NCBI GenBank assembly: GCA_964345045.1 | Contig: CAYFPM010000001.1 | Location: 375,632 to 439,631 of the forward strand | Origin: an uncultured Gammaproteobacteria bacterium | GTDB lineage: Bacteria; Patescibacteriota; Patescibacteriia; Magasanikbacterales; UBA922 | Length of the DNA stretch: 64,000 nucleotides | Direction of reading: 5' to 3' | Part shown: positions 46,056 to 57,784 of the stretch, piece after piece | How positions within the stretch are numbered: the first letter of the stretch is position 1 | Layout: each line of letters begins with the position of its first letter | Notes under the pieces: model-generated | What the model was told of the DNA's origin: nothing | The model's input: only the letters and a program-made list of their open reading frames with translations | Database searches by the model: none | Position numbers and translations under genes: made by a program

Positions 46056-46613
46056 ATGCCACTAGAAACAGTAGATGTAATTCTACTTTTAATCATTGCC
46101 GGTTTTGCTTTGGCCGGACTTTGGTTTGGATTTGTACATGCCTTGGGATCTCTGCTTGGAACCGTTTTGGGAGTTTATTTGGCAGCTCGTTACTTTACAG
46201 TGCTAGCTGGTTGGCTAACTAATATTTTTGGTTGGGAAGGTAACGCACCAAAAGTATTGGCTTTTGTAGTTTCTTTTTTTGTAATAAATAGAGTAGTTGG
46301 ATTCGCGTTTTGGTTTTTGGAAAAATTTATAGGATTTTTTACCAGATTACCTTTTGTTCGTTCGCTAAACAGATTATTAGGATTACTTCTAGGGGCAGCC
46401 GAAGGGATAATTTCGGTTGGTATAGTGCTTTACTTTATAGAAAGGTTTCCTTTGTCTTTGCCATTTATGAGTCACTTGGCCAATTCGCAAGTGGCTCCAT
46501 ATGCTGTGTCGGTAGTATCTGTATTTTTGCCACTTGTGCCAGAGGCAATCAAATTTTTGGAATCCACGGTTGATTATGTAGAAAATAGAGTGGTAGAGGT
46601 GGTAGCTTCGTAG
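46056..46613 (+). CDS. CvpA-family (colicin V production) membrane protein
   Basis: 4 TM helices; VILLLIIAGFALAGLWFGFVHAL CvpA-type N-terminus. Confidence 0.7.
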   Translation: MPLETVDVILLLIIAGFALAGLWFGFVHALGSLLGTVLGVYLAARYFTVLAGWLTNIFGWEGNAPKVLAFVVSFFVINRVVGFAFWFLEKFIGFFTRLPFVRSLNRLLGLLLGAAEGIISVGIVLYFIERFPLSLPFMSHLANSQVAPYAVSVVSVFLPLVPEAIKFLESTVDYVENRVVEVVAS

Positions 46614-46672
46614 TTGTAAATTGACTTTTGTAAAAAAATGTTTTAAATTCTTTTTTAGAAAGGGGCAAGAAG

Positions 46673-46828
46673 GTGTCTGACAAAAGCAAAAAAACAGGAA
46701 AAGTGAAAGAACAGTCAAAATGTGGACGTTGCCAAGGTACGGGAATAGATCCTATTCCTCTTTTACCGCCAGGAGCAAAAAAGAAAGAGTCGTGCATTCG
46801 ATGCCATGGTACCGGAAAGAAAAAATGA
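46673..46828 (+). CDS. mini zinc-finger protein with two DnaJ-type CxxCxGxG motifs (51 aa)
   Basis: Manual translation VSDKSKKTGKVKEQSKCGRCQGTGIDPIPLLPPGAKKKESCIRCHGTGKKK; GTG start with AAAGGGG upstream; absent from the ORF track. Confidence 0.3.
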   Translation: MSDKSKKTGKVKEQSKCGRCQGTGIDPIPLLPPGAKKKESCIRCHGTGKKK

Positions 46829-46967
46829 GATATGATTTTCAATTGGTGGGCATTTCTCAAACGGCACCTCCATTCAAAATAAGAATACACTCGACAAGAG
46901 TGTTTTTTGGTTCTATACTTTCAACTATAGATTTCACCCCGACACTCACTGCGTTCGGTCGGAGCAG

Positions 46968-47034
46968 GCAGATTAAAAAAGATTACGCAGATTTAAATTC
47001 AAAAATCTGCGTAATCTTAAATAATCTGCGCAAT
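46968..47034. promoter_or_regulatory. cluster of GATTACGCAGATTT motifs (1 direct, 2 inverted)
   Basis: gattacgcagattt (46981), aaatctgcgtaatc (47004), taatctgcgcaatc (47021); ends 9 nt upstream of the tatD start. Confidence 0.4.
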
Positions 47035-47042
47035 CAACTTAT

Positions 47043-47975
47043 ATGATGATAGATACTCACTGCCATGTGCAGTTCAAAGCTTTTAAAGATGATTACGAAG
47101 AAGTAATAAAAAAGTGCCTCGACAAAGGCATGATTTTGAATTTGGTGGGTACACAAAAAGACACTAGCCAGTGGGGCGTAGAATTGGCAGAACAGTATGA
47201 CAATGTTTACGCTAGTATAGGCACACATCCATTACACCTGCATCCTACTCATGTAGACGAAGAAGAAACACATTTTATGTCTCGCGAAGAAAGTTTTGAT
47301 TGGGAACATTACGAAAAATTAGCCAAATCAAAAAAAGTAATCGGAGTGGGGGAGTGTGGGCTAGAACTTTTTCATGTACCAAAAGACAAAACCAAAGAAG
47401 AAGTTTTGGCCAAACAAAAAATAGTATTTTTAGATCATGTGCGGTTTGCTAGCCAACACAACTTACCATTAGTAGTGCACTGCCGTGATGCCCACGACGA
47501 GATGATTGAATTGTTACAAAATTATTTGACCAGTCATTCTGAGCGAAGCGCAGCGGAGTCGAAGAATCTCGGTGAATTACCAAAGGGATCCTTCGTTAGC
47601 ACTCAAGATGACTCTGGAAAATTTAGAGGAACAATCCACTGCTTCACCTCCAACTGGGATCATGCTCAAAAATATTTGGATATGGGATTTAATCTAGGTT
47701 TTACCGGAGTAGTGACTTTTCCACCAAAAAAGACCGATCCCCAGCCACAGCTGGATCTAGAAGAAGTAATTCAAAATATACCGCTAGATAAAATAGTGGT
47801 AGAAACAGACTCTCCATATCTAGCCCCACAGGCCTATAGAGGCAAGCGATCCGAACCCTGGATGGTAGAAGAAGTAATCAAAAAATTCGCTAAAGTAAGA
47901 GGAAAAAGTCAAAAAGAAATGGAAGACATTATAGCCGAAAATACCCTTCGATTATTTACACACATACAAGCTTAA
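47043..47975 (+). CDS. tatD: TatD-family metal-dependent hydrolase (DNase)
   Basis: IDTHCHV, GVGECGLE, HCRDAHDE, HCFTSN, ETDSPYL motifs; an extra ~30-aa segment (TSHSERSAAESKNLGELPKGSFVSTQDDSGKF) precedes HCF and is encoded by a dispersed repeat. Confidence 0.85.
   Translation: MMIDTHCHVQFKAFKDDYEEVIKKCLDKGMILNLVGTQKDTSQWGVELAEQYDNVYASIGTHPLHLHPTHVDEEETHFMSREESFDWEHYEKLAKSKKVIGVGECGLELFHVPKDKTKEEVLAKQKIVFLDHVRFASQHNLPLVVHCRDAHDEMIELLQNYLTSHSERSAAESKNLGELPKGSFVSTQDDSGKFRGTIHCFTSNWDHAQKYLDMGFNLGFTGVVTFPPKKTDPQPQLDLEEVIQNIPLDKIVVETDSPYLAPQAYRGKRSEPWMVEEVIKKFAKVRGKSQKEMEDIIAENTLRLFTHIQA
47533..47614. repeat. dispersed GC-rich repeat element inserted in-frame within tatD
   Basis: gtcattctgagcg, gaagaatctc, gggatccttcg and caagatgactc blocks shared with 33384-33446; GC-rich relative to the rest of tatD. 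Confidence 0.45.
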
Positions 47976-48028
47976 AAATACATTGACGAAAGACTAAATT
48001 TCGTATATACTAGTGCCGTTCAAAACTT

Positions 48029-48328
48029 ATGAAAGAATTAGAAAAACAAAAGGAAGCTTTGATGCACAAGTCCTTTACCATGATGTTTAGGGTAGCTTTG
48101 ATATTTGGATTACCGGCTGCTGCTGCTTTTTTTGTAGGTCGATATTTGGACACTACTTATAGTATTAGACCTTGGGGTAGTGTAGGGGTATTGGCTGTTA
48201 CTTTTTTAGGTTCTTGGATAGCCGTGATAAAAATGTATCTAAAATTGGACAAAGAATTAAGAGAGTTTCGTCAAAAAGAAGATGAAGCCGAAGAACAAGA
48301 AAAAAAAGAGTTAGAAATTAAGAGTTAG
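48029..48328 (+). CDS. AtpZ/AtpI-like small membrane protein preceding the atp operon
   Basis: 99 aa, 2 TM helices, located directly upstream of atpB. Confidence 0.4.
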   Translation: MKELEKQKEALMHKSFTMMFRVALIFGLPAAAAFFVGRYLDTTYSIRPWGSVGVLAVTFLGSWIAVIKMYLKLDKELREFRQKEDEAEEQEKKELEIKS

Positions 48329-48339
48329 GAATTACAAAT

Positions 48340-49134
48340 TTGGTTATAAATATGATTTTTCAAGTAGCCGCCGAACAACCTCCAGTAAAACCAGAAACAA
48401 TTTTTTCAATTGGTTCTCTTGATTTTACCAACGCCATGATTACAGGCGTGGCTATTACATTGTTATTTTTGTTAATTAGTTTAATTATAAAAAACAGAAG
48501 CAAATTGCTACCAAGTAAATTTCAAACAATTATAGAACTAACAGTAGAAGCTTTTCTTACTTTGCTAGAACAAATATCTGGAGACAAGAAAAAAGCAGAA
48601 AAACTTTTGCCGTTAGTCGGAACTATCTTCTTGTTTTTTGGACTTTCCAATATTATTACTTTGTTTCCTTTTATTGGTTCGTTTACATACAATGGAGTAC
48701 CTCTTTTTCGTACCCCAACCAATGATTTCAACATGACCTTTAGCGTGGCTACAGGGATTGTTATCCTTACCCAAATTATGAGTGTAAAAGTATTTGGTTT
48801 TTTGGGACACTTGGGCAAGTATTTCAAATTCAAAGATGTGTACTTGGGATTCAAAAAAGGAATTGGAGCCGGAGTTTTGTCTATCGTAGATTTTCTAATT
48901 GGTTTGCTTGATATTATTTCCGAGATTGCGAAGGTGGTATCTTTGTCCTTACGTCTGTTTGGTAATATGTACGCCGGAGAAGTTTTGGCAGCTATTCTTT
49001 TGGGAGCATTTGCTCTGGCTGTGCCATCGGCTTGGCTGGGTATGAATTTGTTAGTAGGGTTGCTACAAGCTATGGTATTTGGAGCTTTGACTGCGGCTTA
49101 TTATACTTTGTCTACAGAGGTAGAGGAGAGTTAA
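48340..49134 (+). CDS. atpB: F0F1 ATP synthase subunit a
   Basis: LSLRLFGNMYAGE (essential Arg region), 5-6 TM helices. Confidence 0.85.
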   Translation: MVINMIFQVAAEQPPVKPETIFSIGSLDFTNAMITGVAITLLFLLISLIIKNRSKLLPSKFQTIIELTVEAFLTLLEQISGDKKKAEKLLPLVGTIFLFFGLSNIITLFPFIGSFTYNGVPLFRTPTNDFNMTFSVATGIVILTQIMSVKVFGFLGHLGKYFKFKDVYLGFKKGIGAGVLSIVDFLIGLLDIISEIAKVVSLSLRLFGNMYAGEVLAAILLGAFALAVPSAWLGMNLLVGLLQAMVFGALTAAYYTLSTEVEES

Positions 49135-49203
49135 TTTCTATTTGATATCTATTAATATTAGTGGGTATCAACCAGTAATTAATAAGTTATTAATAATAGA
49201 CAT

Positions 49204-49419
49204 ATGGACATTGAAGCAGCTCGTCTTATTGCCAAAGGTCTTTGTACTGTATCCATGTTTGGATCTGGTATTGGAGAAGGTTACTTGGTAGGTAAGGCTC
49301 TAGAAGCTATTGGACGTAATCCAAAAATGGAAGGTAGCATCTTTTCAAAGATGATTATCGGTGTGGCGCTAGCAGAATCTACTGCTATCTACGCTTTCGT
49401 AGCTTTCTTTATCGTATAA
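49204..49419 (+). CDS. atpE: F0F1 ATP synthase subunit c
   Basis: 71-aa hairpin with GIGEGYLVGKALEAIGRNP loop and conserved carboxylate (AESTAIYAFVAFF). Confidence 0.9.
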   Translation: MDIEAARLIAKGLCTVSMFGSGIGEGYLVGKALEAIGRNPKMEGSIFSKMIIGVALAESTAIYAFVAFFIV

Positions 49420-49471
49420 TTAATTACGACCACTCGTCTTGAGTGGAGAGGCAAGAACTTCTCCATTCAAG

Positions 49472-49993
49472 ATGAATAAAAAATTTATGAATTACATTTT
49501 AGAAACATTGGGTAAGGTAGGGTTTGAGTGGCAAATGGGTTTGTTCAACCTTATTAACTTTTTGATTATCTTTTTTATTCTCAAAAAGTTTTTCTTTGCT
49601 TCTGTAACAAAAACTATTAACGAAAGACAACTAAAAGCAAAAGAGGCTGTAGAAAACTTTGAAAGAGCCAAAACCGAACTTGGTATGGCTACCAAAAAAT
49701 CTCAAGAAATTATCGATGGTGCCAAGGTAGAAGCCAACAAAATTGTAGAAAAAGCCAGTGACGAATCTAAAGCAGAATCTGAACGAAACAAAGAAAAAGC
49801 TAAAAAAGAAATTGAAATGTTGGTAACTCAAGCCAAAAAGAATATTGAAATTGATAAAAAAGAAATGAAAGAAGAAATTAGCAAAGAAACTGCTAATTTG
49901 GTGGTAGCTGCTGTAGAAAAAATTATCGGTGAAAAAATGGATCAAAAGAAAGATACCAAAATCATAGAGGAGACTTTGACTGAATTAAACTAG
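49472..49993 (+). CDS. atpF: F0F1 ATP synthase subunit b
   Basis: Single N-terminal TM then long charged helix (ERQLKAKEAVENFERAKTEL...); start moved to ATG 49472. Confidence 0.7.
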   Translation: MNKKFMNYILETLGKVGFEWQMGLFNLINFLIIFFILKKFFFASVTKTINERQLKAKEAVENFERAKTELGMATKKSQEIIDGAKVEANKIVEKASDESKAESERNKEKAKKEIEMLVTQAKKNIEIDKKEMKEEISKETANLVVAAVEKIIGEKMDQKKDTKIIEETLTELN

Positions 49994-49996
49994 TTT

Positions 49997-50377
49997 ATGA
50001 AGTTATTACCAAAACAGTACGCTAAAATTTTGTACGATTTGACTATCAACAAAACCGGAAAAGATTTGGATACCGCTATAAAAGAATTTGCTCTTTTTTT
50101 GAGAAAAGAACAAATGGCTTCTAAGCTAAGCTATATAGTGGATGAGTTTATTAGTTATTCCAAAAAAATGTCTGGCGTAAAACAAATTACTATAAAAAGT
50201 GCCAGAAAACTTACTGAAGCTCAAATAAAAAAGATTTCCAAACAATTTGCTAACAAAGTAGAAGCAGATGTTATAGTAGAACCTCGATTGGTGGGAGGTA
50301 TTATTGTAAAAGATGGAAATAGAGTATTAAACGGAAGTGTAAAAAAACAAATTGAGAATTTAAAAACTCGATTATAA
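49997..50377 (+). CDS. atpH: F0F1 ATP synthase subunit delta (short form)
   Basis: Position between b and alpha; C-terminal EPRLVGGIIVKDGNRVLNGSVKKQIENLK matches the OSCP/delta C-terminus. Confidence 0.7.
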   Translation: MKLLPKQYAKILYDLTINKTGKDLDTAIKEFALFLRKEQMASKLSYIVDEFISYSKKMSGVKQITIKSARKLTEAQIKKISKQFANKVEADVIVEPRLVGGIIVKDGNRVLNGSVKKQIENLKTRL

Positions 50378-50436
50378 TTCGTACATTCGCCTGCCTATCG
50401 GCAGACAGGTACTATTCGTAATTCGCAAATAATAAT

Positions 50437-51933
50437 ATGTCGTATACAGATCAAGTTGTAAAAACTTTAAAAAAGAATATTGAATCTTTCAAAAAAGAAG
50501 TCCAAGTAGAAGAAGTTGGTACTGTTATTCAAATTGGAGACGGTATCGCTCGCATGACCGGATTAGACAAATGTCAGGCCATGGAGATGCTAGAATTCCC
50601 AGGTGGAACATACGGACTGGCTCTAAATCTAGAAGAAGAAACTGTCGGGGCTATTATCCTAGGTGAGTACAAACACATCAAAGAAGGGGATGAAGTAAAA
50701 AGAACTGGTAAGATTATGTCTGTACCTGTAGGAGAATCTTTGGTAGGTAGAGTAGTAAACGCTATTGGTGAGCCAATTGATGGAGCCGGAGAATTGAAAA
50801 CTAAAGAATTTTATCCTGTAGAGAGAGTAGCTCCTGGTGTAATGACCCGTCAGCCGGTAGATACGCCTGTACAAACTGGTATCAAAGCCATTGATGCGCT
50901 TATCCCCGTTGGTCGTGGACAGCGTGAACTTATTATTGGAGACCGCCAAACTGGTAAAACTGCGGTAGCTGTAGACACCATTATCAACCAAAAAGGCCAA
51001 GACATGATTTGTATCTATGTTGCTGTTGGTCAAAAAGAATCAAAAGTAGCTCGTTTAGTAGCCAAGTTAAAAGAAACTGGGGCTATGGATTACTCTATAG
51101 TAGTTTCTGCCGGTGCTAGTGAGCCGGCTCCTATGAGTTACTTGGCTCCATACGCTGGTGTGGCTATGGCCGAATACTTTGCCGATCGTGGCAAGGACGT
51201 ACTAGTAGTATACGATGACTTGACCAAACAAGCTTGGGCATACCGTGAAATGTCGCTACTACTTCGCCGTCCACCAGGACGCGAGGCCTACCCAGGTGAT
51301 GTGTTCTACCTTCACTCACGCCTACTTGAACGTGCTTGTAATTTAAACGAAGAAAACGGTGGTGGTTCTATTACTGCGTTGCCTATTATCGAGACTCAGG
51401 CTGGCGACATTTCTGCTTATGTTCCAACCAATGTAATTTCTATTACCGATGGTCAGATTTTCTTGGAAACAGATCTATTCTACCGTGGTATTCGTCCAGC
51501 TCTTAATGTAGGACTGTCTGTATCTCGTGTAGGTGGAGCTGCCCAGACCAAACCAATGAAAAAAGTGGTTGGAAGTATGAAACTTTCATTGGCTCAATTT
51601 CGTGAACTAGAAGCTTTTGCTCAATTTGCTAGTGATCTTGATCCAGAAACCAAGAAACAAATTGACCGTGGTAGCAGACTTACCGAACTATTAAAACAAG
51701 GTCAATTTGCTCCGCTAGCTGTAGAAAAACAAGTTATCTCAATTTTTGCAGCTTCCAATGGTTATTTTGATGATGTAGAAGTCTCCGAAGTAAAAGAAAC
51801 AGAAGAAAAACTTCTTAATTTTTTTGAAAAGAGTAAAGGTAATGTACTAGAAAAAATTGCTAGTGGAGATTGGAGTGATGAAACACAAACTGCCATTAAA
51901 GAAGGCGTAGAAGAATGGAAAAAATCAATATAA
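50437..51933 (+). CDS. atpA: F0F1 ATP synthase subunit alpha
   Basis: GDRQTGKT Walker [42 protein letters not shown]. Confidence 0.95.
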   Translation: MSYTDQVVKTLKKNIESFKKEVQVEEVGTVIQIGDGIARMTGLDKCQAMEMLEFPGGTYGLALNLEEETVGAIILGEYKHIKEGDEVKRTGKIMSVPVGESLVGRVVNAIGEPIDGAGELKTKEFYPVERVAPGVMTRQPVDTPVQTGIKAIDALIPVGRGQRELIIGDRQTGKTAVAVDTIINQKGQDMICIYVAVGQKESKVARLVAKLKETGAMDYSIVVSAGASEPAPMSYLAPYAGVAMAEYFADRGKDVLVVYDDLTKQAWAYREMSLLLRRPPGREAYPGDVFYLHSRLLERACNLNEENGGGSITALPIIETQAGDISAYVPTNVISITDGQIFLETDLFYRGIRPALNVGLSVSRVGGAAQTKPMKKVVGSMKLSLAQFRELEAFAQFASDLDPETKKQIDRGSRLTELLKQGQFAPLAVEKQVISIFAASNGYFDDVEVSEVKETEEKLLNFFEKSKGNVLEKIASGDWSDETQTAIKEGVEEWKKSI

Positions 51934-51986
51934 CAATTTAGCCAGATAACAATTAATTGTTAAATTGTTATATTGTTAATAAGCTT

Positions 51987-52979
51987 ATGCCCGTAAACAC
52001 AAAGGCCATTAAAGGCCGCATAAAATCAGTTAAAAACACCAAGAAAATTACCAAGGCAATGGAAATGGTGTCGGCCGCCAAGATGCGCAAAGCTGTGCAG
52101 GCTGCTTTGGATACTAGAGAATATGGAAATTTGGCAAGAGAATTAATGCAACATCTATCAAAAATCAATGAGCCTAATTATGCACTATTAGAAACTCGCC
52201 CTGTTAAAAATCTTTTAGTAGTTTTGATTAGTTCAAACAGAGGCTTGTGTGGTAGTTTTAATTCCAATGTTTTCAAAAAAACCGGTCAAATTTTGGCTGA
52301 CAAAGAAAACCTTGGTAAACACAGAATAGAAGATGGTGAAGATATATTGCCAGAAAAAGACTTTAATATAAATGTAATTGGTGTTGGTAAGAAGAGCGCC
52401 AGTTTTGCCAAGAAAAATGGTTACAACTTGGTAGCTGTGTTTGATTCACTAAGTGAAAAAAGAGATTTTGACGAAATTGTGCCGATTGGTCGAATGATAA
52501 TAGAAGAATACAAAAAAGGAACTTATGACAAAGTAGTAGTAGCTTATACAGATTATGTTTCCAGTCTTTTGCAAGTTGCCAAAGTTAGACAACTTTTGCC
52601 AATATCACCAAAAGATTTGGAAAAAATGATGGATATTGATCTTGGTAAAAATAAATCTGCCGACGTTCGTTTGGAGACAGACTCTAGCGAGGCAAAAGAA
52701 GAAGGGGAATATCCATTGGAAAATTATTTGTTTGAGCCAGATACAGAAGCTATTGTAGAGTATGTTTTGCCTAGATTAGTAGAAATCCAAATCTTCCAAG
52801 CTGTACTAGAATCTGCTGCTAGTGAACATAGTGCCAGAATGATGGCCATGAGAAATGCCAGTGATTCTGCCGGAGAAATGATAGAAAACTTAAATCTTAC
52901 TTTTAACAAAGCTAGACAAGCGGCCATTACCCAAGAAATTGCCGAGATTGCCGGTGGTGCAGCAGCGTTAAGTAGTTAA
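51987..52979 (+). CDS. atpG: F0F1 ATP synthase subunit gamma
   Basis: ITKAMEMVSAAKMRKA N-terminus and ASDSAGEMIENLNLTFNKARQAAITQEI C-terminus; start moved to ATG 51987. Confidence 0.85.
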   Translation: MPVNTKAIKGRIKSVKNTKKITKAMEMVSAAKMRKAVQAALDTREYGNLARELMQHLSKINEPNYALLETRPVKNLLVVLISSNRGLCGSFNSNVFKKTGQILADKENLGKHRIEDGEDILPEKDFNINVIGVGKKSASFAKKNGYNLVAVFDSLSEKRDFDEIVPIGRMIIEEYKKGTYDKVVVAYTDYVSSLLQVAKVRQLLPISPKDLEKMMDIDLGKNKSADVRLETDSSEAKEEGEYPLENYLFEPDTEAIVEYVLPRLVEIQIFQAVLESAASEHSARMMAMRNASDSAGEMIENLNLTFNKARQAAITQEIAEIAGGAAALSS

Positions 52980-52982
52980 TAA

Positions 52983-54431
<1,449 letters not shown>

Positions 54432-54469
54432 TTAGTAACTTTTAATAATTATTTTTTGCAACGATTTGT

Positions 54470-55135
54470 ATGAATAAAATTATTTTACTAACTTTTAGTT
54501 TAATACTGATTGGTCAGGGTTGTGCTTCTTCTCTGCCAGATGCAAAAGTACAAACCAAATCGGCCAATTTGGAGACTAATGTTAGTGTAACTAATAAACA
54601 AGAAAAAATATCAAAACGTATGATAGATGGACAAAAAGACTTGGTAAAAGAATACAAACAAGCTGTTCTAAAAACCAACAAGGGAGATATCGTAATAGAA
54701 TTTTACGGAGAAGCTTCTCCTGTTACTGTAAATAATTTTTTGAATTTGGCAGAATCAGAATTCTACAATGGTACAACCTTTCACAGAGTTATAAAAGATT
54801 TTATGATCCAAGGTGGTGACCCAAATAGCAAGGATCAATCAAAAAGATTTTTGCATGGTACCGGTGGCCCAGATTATCGTTTTGCCGATGAATTTAATAA
54901 TGAAAAATTAGTAAGAGGAAGCCTCGCTATGGCCAACTCTGGTCCAGACACCAATGGCTCTCAATTTTTTATTGTTACTGCTGCCGAAACTCCATGGTTG
55001 GATGGCAAACACACTAACTTTGGTAAAGTAGTTTCTGGTATGGAAATAGTGGATTTAATTGAAAATGTAGAAGTTGATCCAAATGATAATCCTGTCCAGC
55101 CTGTGATCGTAGAAAGTATTAGTCTACTACCTTAA
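54470..55135 (+). CDS. cyclophilin-type peptidyl-prolyl cis-trans isomerase, lipoprotein
   Basis: Lipobox LIGQGC; FHRVIKDFMIQGGDP, FFIVT...WLDGKHTNFGKVV cyclophilin core; inserted between atpD and atpC. Confidence 0.85.
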   Translation: MNKIILLTFSLILIGQGCASSLPDAKVQTKSANLETNVSVTNKQEKISKRMIDGQKDLVKEYKQAVLKTNKGDIVIEFYGEASPVTVNNFLNLAESEFYNGTTFHRVIKDFMIQGGDPNSKDQSKRFLHGTGGPDYRFADEFNNEKLVRGSLAMANSGPDTNGSQFFIVTAAETPWLDGKHTNFGKVVSGMEIVDLIENVEVDPNDNPVQPVIVESISLLP

Positions 55136-55198
55136 TCTAGTAGCAATTAACAATGGAACAATTCATACATGAAGTTAATCCATTGTTTATAAATTTAT

Positions 55199-55633
55199 AT
55201 GAGTGAAAAAAAATCCACAATGCAATTTAAGATAGTAACTCCAGAAGGAGTAGTTTATGATAGTGAGATAGAAAAAGTTACTATTCCTACCGAAGCGGGT
55301 GAAATTACCGTACTGCCAACTCATGCTCCAATTGTATCTGTTTTGAAACCCGGTGAATTATTGGTTTACAAAGAAGGACAAGCTTACAGCCTGGCTGTTT
55401 CTGGTGGAATCCTAGAGATCAGGCCAACCGGAGAAGTGATTATACTGGCAGACACTGCCGAGAGAGCCGAAGATATTGATGTTTCTAGAGCCGAGGAAGC
55501 CAGGAAGCGTGCCGAAGCCTTGCTCAAAGAGCAAGAGAATGTAGCCGATGTGGATTTTGCCAGACTCCAAGCTGCTATTGAAAAGGAGTTGGCGAGAATC
55601 AGTATTGGGAAGAAATATAAAAATGTAAAATAA
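55199..55633 (+). CDS. atpC: F0F1 ATP synthase subunit epsilon
   Basis: MQFKIVTPEG...ITVLPTHAPIVSVLKPGEL, C-terminal helical hairpin. Confidence 0.85.
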   Translation: MSEKKSTMQFKIVTPEGVVYDSEIEKVTIPTEAGEITVLPTHAPIVSVLKPGELLVYKEGQAYSLAVSGGILEIRPTGEVIILADTAERAEDIDVSRAEEARKRAEALLKEQENVADVDFARLQAAIEKELARISIGKKYKNVK

Positions 55634-55635
55634 AA

Positions 55636-55662
55636 AGAAGAGCCGGAAGGCTCTTTTTTTTT
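55636..55662 (+). terminator. rho-independent terminator after atpC
   Basis: agagccggaaggctct hairpin followed by 9 T. Confidence 0.6.
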
Positions 55663-55849
55663 ATAGGTAGAAGTAGTTAATCCGATAAGTTTTTATCTTG
55701 AAAAAAGACTTTTTGTAACAATTTACCTTGTTTTACGTCTACTATATATAACCCCACATTCTGGTGGGGCTAATTGCTTTTTTATGAGCATACGCGAATG
55801 CAAGGAGGACCACCCAACCCGGGTGGGTGGAAGGAGGGTAATATAGATT

Positions 55850-57610
55850 ATGAAATATCACACCAAACTCACATTCAAGATATATCTACAACATGCTTTG
55901 CGCTACAAGCTAATGTTTTTTGTAATACTTGCTAGTGCTGTTTTTGCTTCTGTTTCAGATTTGGTAGCTCCATTTTTGTATAAAGAATTTTTTGATATCC
56001 TTACAGATTCAAGCATTACAGAGGCAAAAGCTGAACTGATAAGAATTCTACTTTTTATTCTGGGGATTCACATGCTTACTACTTTGTTTTGGCGAATTAG
56101 TTTTTTTACCAACAACAGATTTCAACCAAAGGTGATGGCAGATTTGGCCAACACTTGTTTTGCATATTTGCACAAGCATTCTTTTTCATTTTTCAACAAT
56201 AATTTTGTAGGTTCTCTGGTCAAAAGAGTAAACCGTTTTTATAGAGCTTTTGAAGCTTTGTCAGATCGGTTAATGTTTGACCTCTTGAAACTAGCTATCG
56301 AAGTAACAGTAATTACTGCTGTTTTGTTTACAAAAAGTGTAATCCTCGGTATTTCAATTTTACTTTGGACGATACTTTTTGTAGCTTTGAATTATTTTTA
56401 TAGTGTTTTCAAATTAAAATACGATATAGAGCGTAGCGAACAAGACACCAAAGTAACTGGTGTTTTGGCAGATTCTGTAACCAATCAATCAAACATAAAA
56501 CTTTTTGCAGGGTACGATAGAGAAAGAAAAAGATTTGGTTCTGTAACAGAAGAGCTGCGTAGATTAAGAACCTTAACTTGGGATTTGGGGCAAATTGCCG
56601 AGTCTGTGCAGATTTTGCTTATGATTGCTCTTGAAGTGATCTTAATGTACTTTGCCATAGGTTTGTGGGAACAAGGCGTTTTGAGTATTGGAGACTTTGT
56701 GTTATTGCAGGCTTACCTAATGTCTTTGTTTAACCATATTTGGAGCTTTGGTCGTATTATAAGAGACTTTTACGAGCAGCTTGCCGATGCCGAAGAAATG
56801 ACTGTAATACTCGACACGCCACACGAAGTAAAGGACAAAAAAAGAGCTGGTTTGCTAGATGTAAAAAAAGCCAAAATAAAGTTTGATAATGTGGATTTTT
56901 ATTATCATAAAACTCGCAAGGTTATTGATAAATTAAAACTTATTATAAAACCAGGAGAGAAAGTGGCTTTGGTAGGACCTTCGGGAGCTGGTAAATCTAC
57001 TATAATAAAACTTTTACTTAGAATACACGATGTTTCTGGTGGTAAAATTTTTATTGATGAACAAAATATTGCCAATGTGAGTCAAGATAGTTTGCACCAA
57101 GCCATTAGTTTAGTTCCTCAAGATCCGATTTTATTTCATAGAACATTGCTCGAAAATATTAGGTATGCCAAACCAAATGCTACAGAAGAAGAAGTTATAA
57201 AAGCAGCAGAATTGGCTCATTGTCACGAATTTATCAAGGATTTCCCAGAAGGTTACAACACTTATGTTGGAGAAAGAGGGGTAAAATTGTCTGGTGGAGA
57301 AAGACAGAGAGTAGCTATTGCTAGAGCAATTTTGAGCAATAGCCCAATTTTAATTTTGGACGAAGCTACATCTAGTCTTGATTCAGAATCAGAAAAATTG
57401 ATTCAAGATGCACTGGACCAACTAATGAAGAAAAAAACAGTAATCGTTGTGGCTCATAGATTGTCTACTATTATGAAAATGGATAGAATTCTTGTAGTAG
57501 AAGGAGGTAAAATAGTAGAACAAGGTTCTCACAAAGAACTGTTAAAGAAGAAAAAAGGCATCTATAGTCGTTTGTGGAAATACCAAGCCGGTGGATTTAC
57601 AAAGACTTAA
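55850..57610 (+). CDS. ABC transporter, fused permease/ATP-binding exporter (MsbA-like type I)
   Basis: 6-TM domain then GPSGAGKST, LSGGERQRVAIARA, ILILDEATSSLD; GGAAGGAGGG SD; two GC hairpins (ccccacattctggtgggg, ccacccaacccgggtgggtgg) in the leader. Confidence 0.9.
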   Translation: MKYHTKLTFKIYLQHALRYKLMFFVILASAVFASVSDLVAPFLYKEFFDILTDSSITEAKAELIRILLFILGIHMLTTLFWRISFFTNNRFQPKVMADLANTCFAYLHKHSFSFFNNNFVGSLVKRVNRFYRAFEALSDRLMFDLLKLAIEVTVITAVLFTKSVILGISILLWTILFVALNYFYSVFKLKYDIERSEQDTKVTGVLADSVTNQSNIKLFAGYDRERKRFGSVTEELRRLRTLTWDLGQIAESVQILLMIALEVILMYFAIGLWEQGVLSIGDFVLLQAYLMSLFNHIWSFGRIIRDFYEQLADAEEMTVILDTPHEVKDKKRAGLLDVKKAKIKFDNVDFYYHKTRKVIDKLKLIIKPGEKVALVGPSGAGKSTIIKLLLRIHDVSGGKIFIDEQNIANVSQDSLHQAISLVPQDPILFHRTLLENIRYAKPNATEEEVIKAAELAHCHEFIKDFPEGYNTYVGERGVKLSGGERQRVAIARAILSNSPILILDEATSSLDSESEKLIQDALDQLMKKKTVIVVAHRLSTIMKMDRILVVEGGKIVEQGSHKELLKKKKGIYSRLWKYQAGGFTKT

Positions 57611-57651
57611 CAAAAAGCTATACTTAGGTAGATTATAAGTTAATAAACATT

Positions 57652-57686
57652 GATTACGCAGATTATTTTAAGATTACACAGATTTG
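57652..57686. promoter_or_regulatory. tandem GATTAC(G/A)CAGATT motif (2 direct copies, 21 bp apart)
   Basis: gattacgcagatt at 57652 and gattacacagattt at 57673, about 100 nt upstream of the lipoprotein operon. Confidence 0.4.
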
Positions 57687-57784
57687 AATTGATTTAATCC
57701 CTCAATGTTTACATTGGAAAATAATAATTATTCAAGTTTATACCCTGTTTCTTACGGTGGGTATATTCATTTAATAGTCTACCT

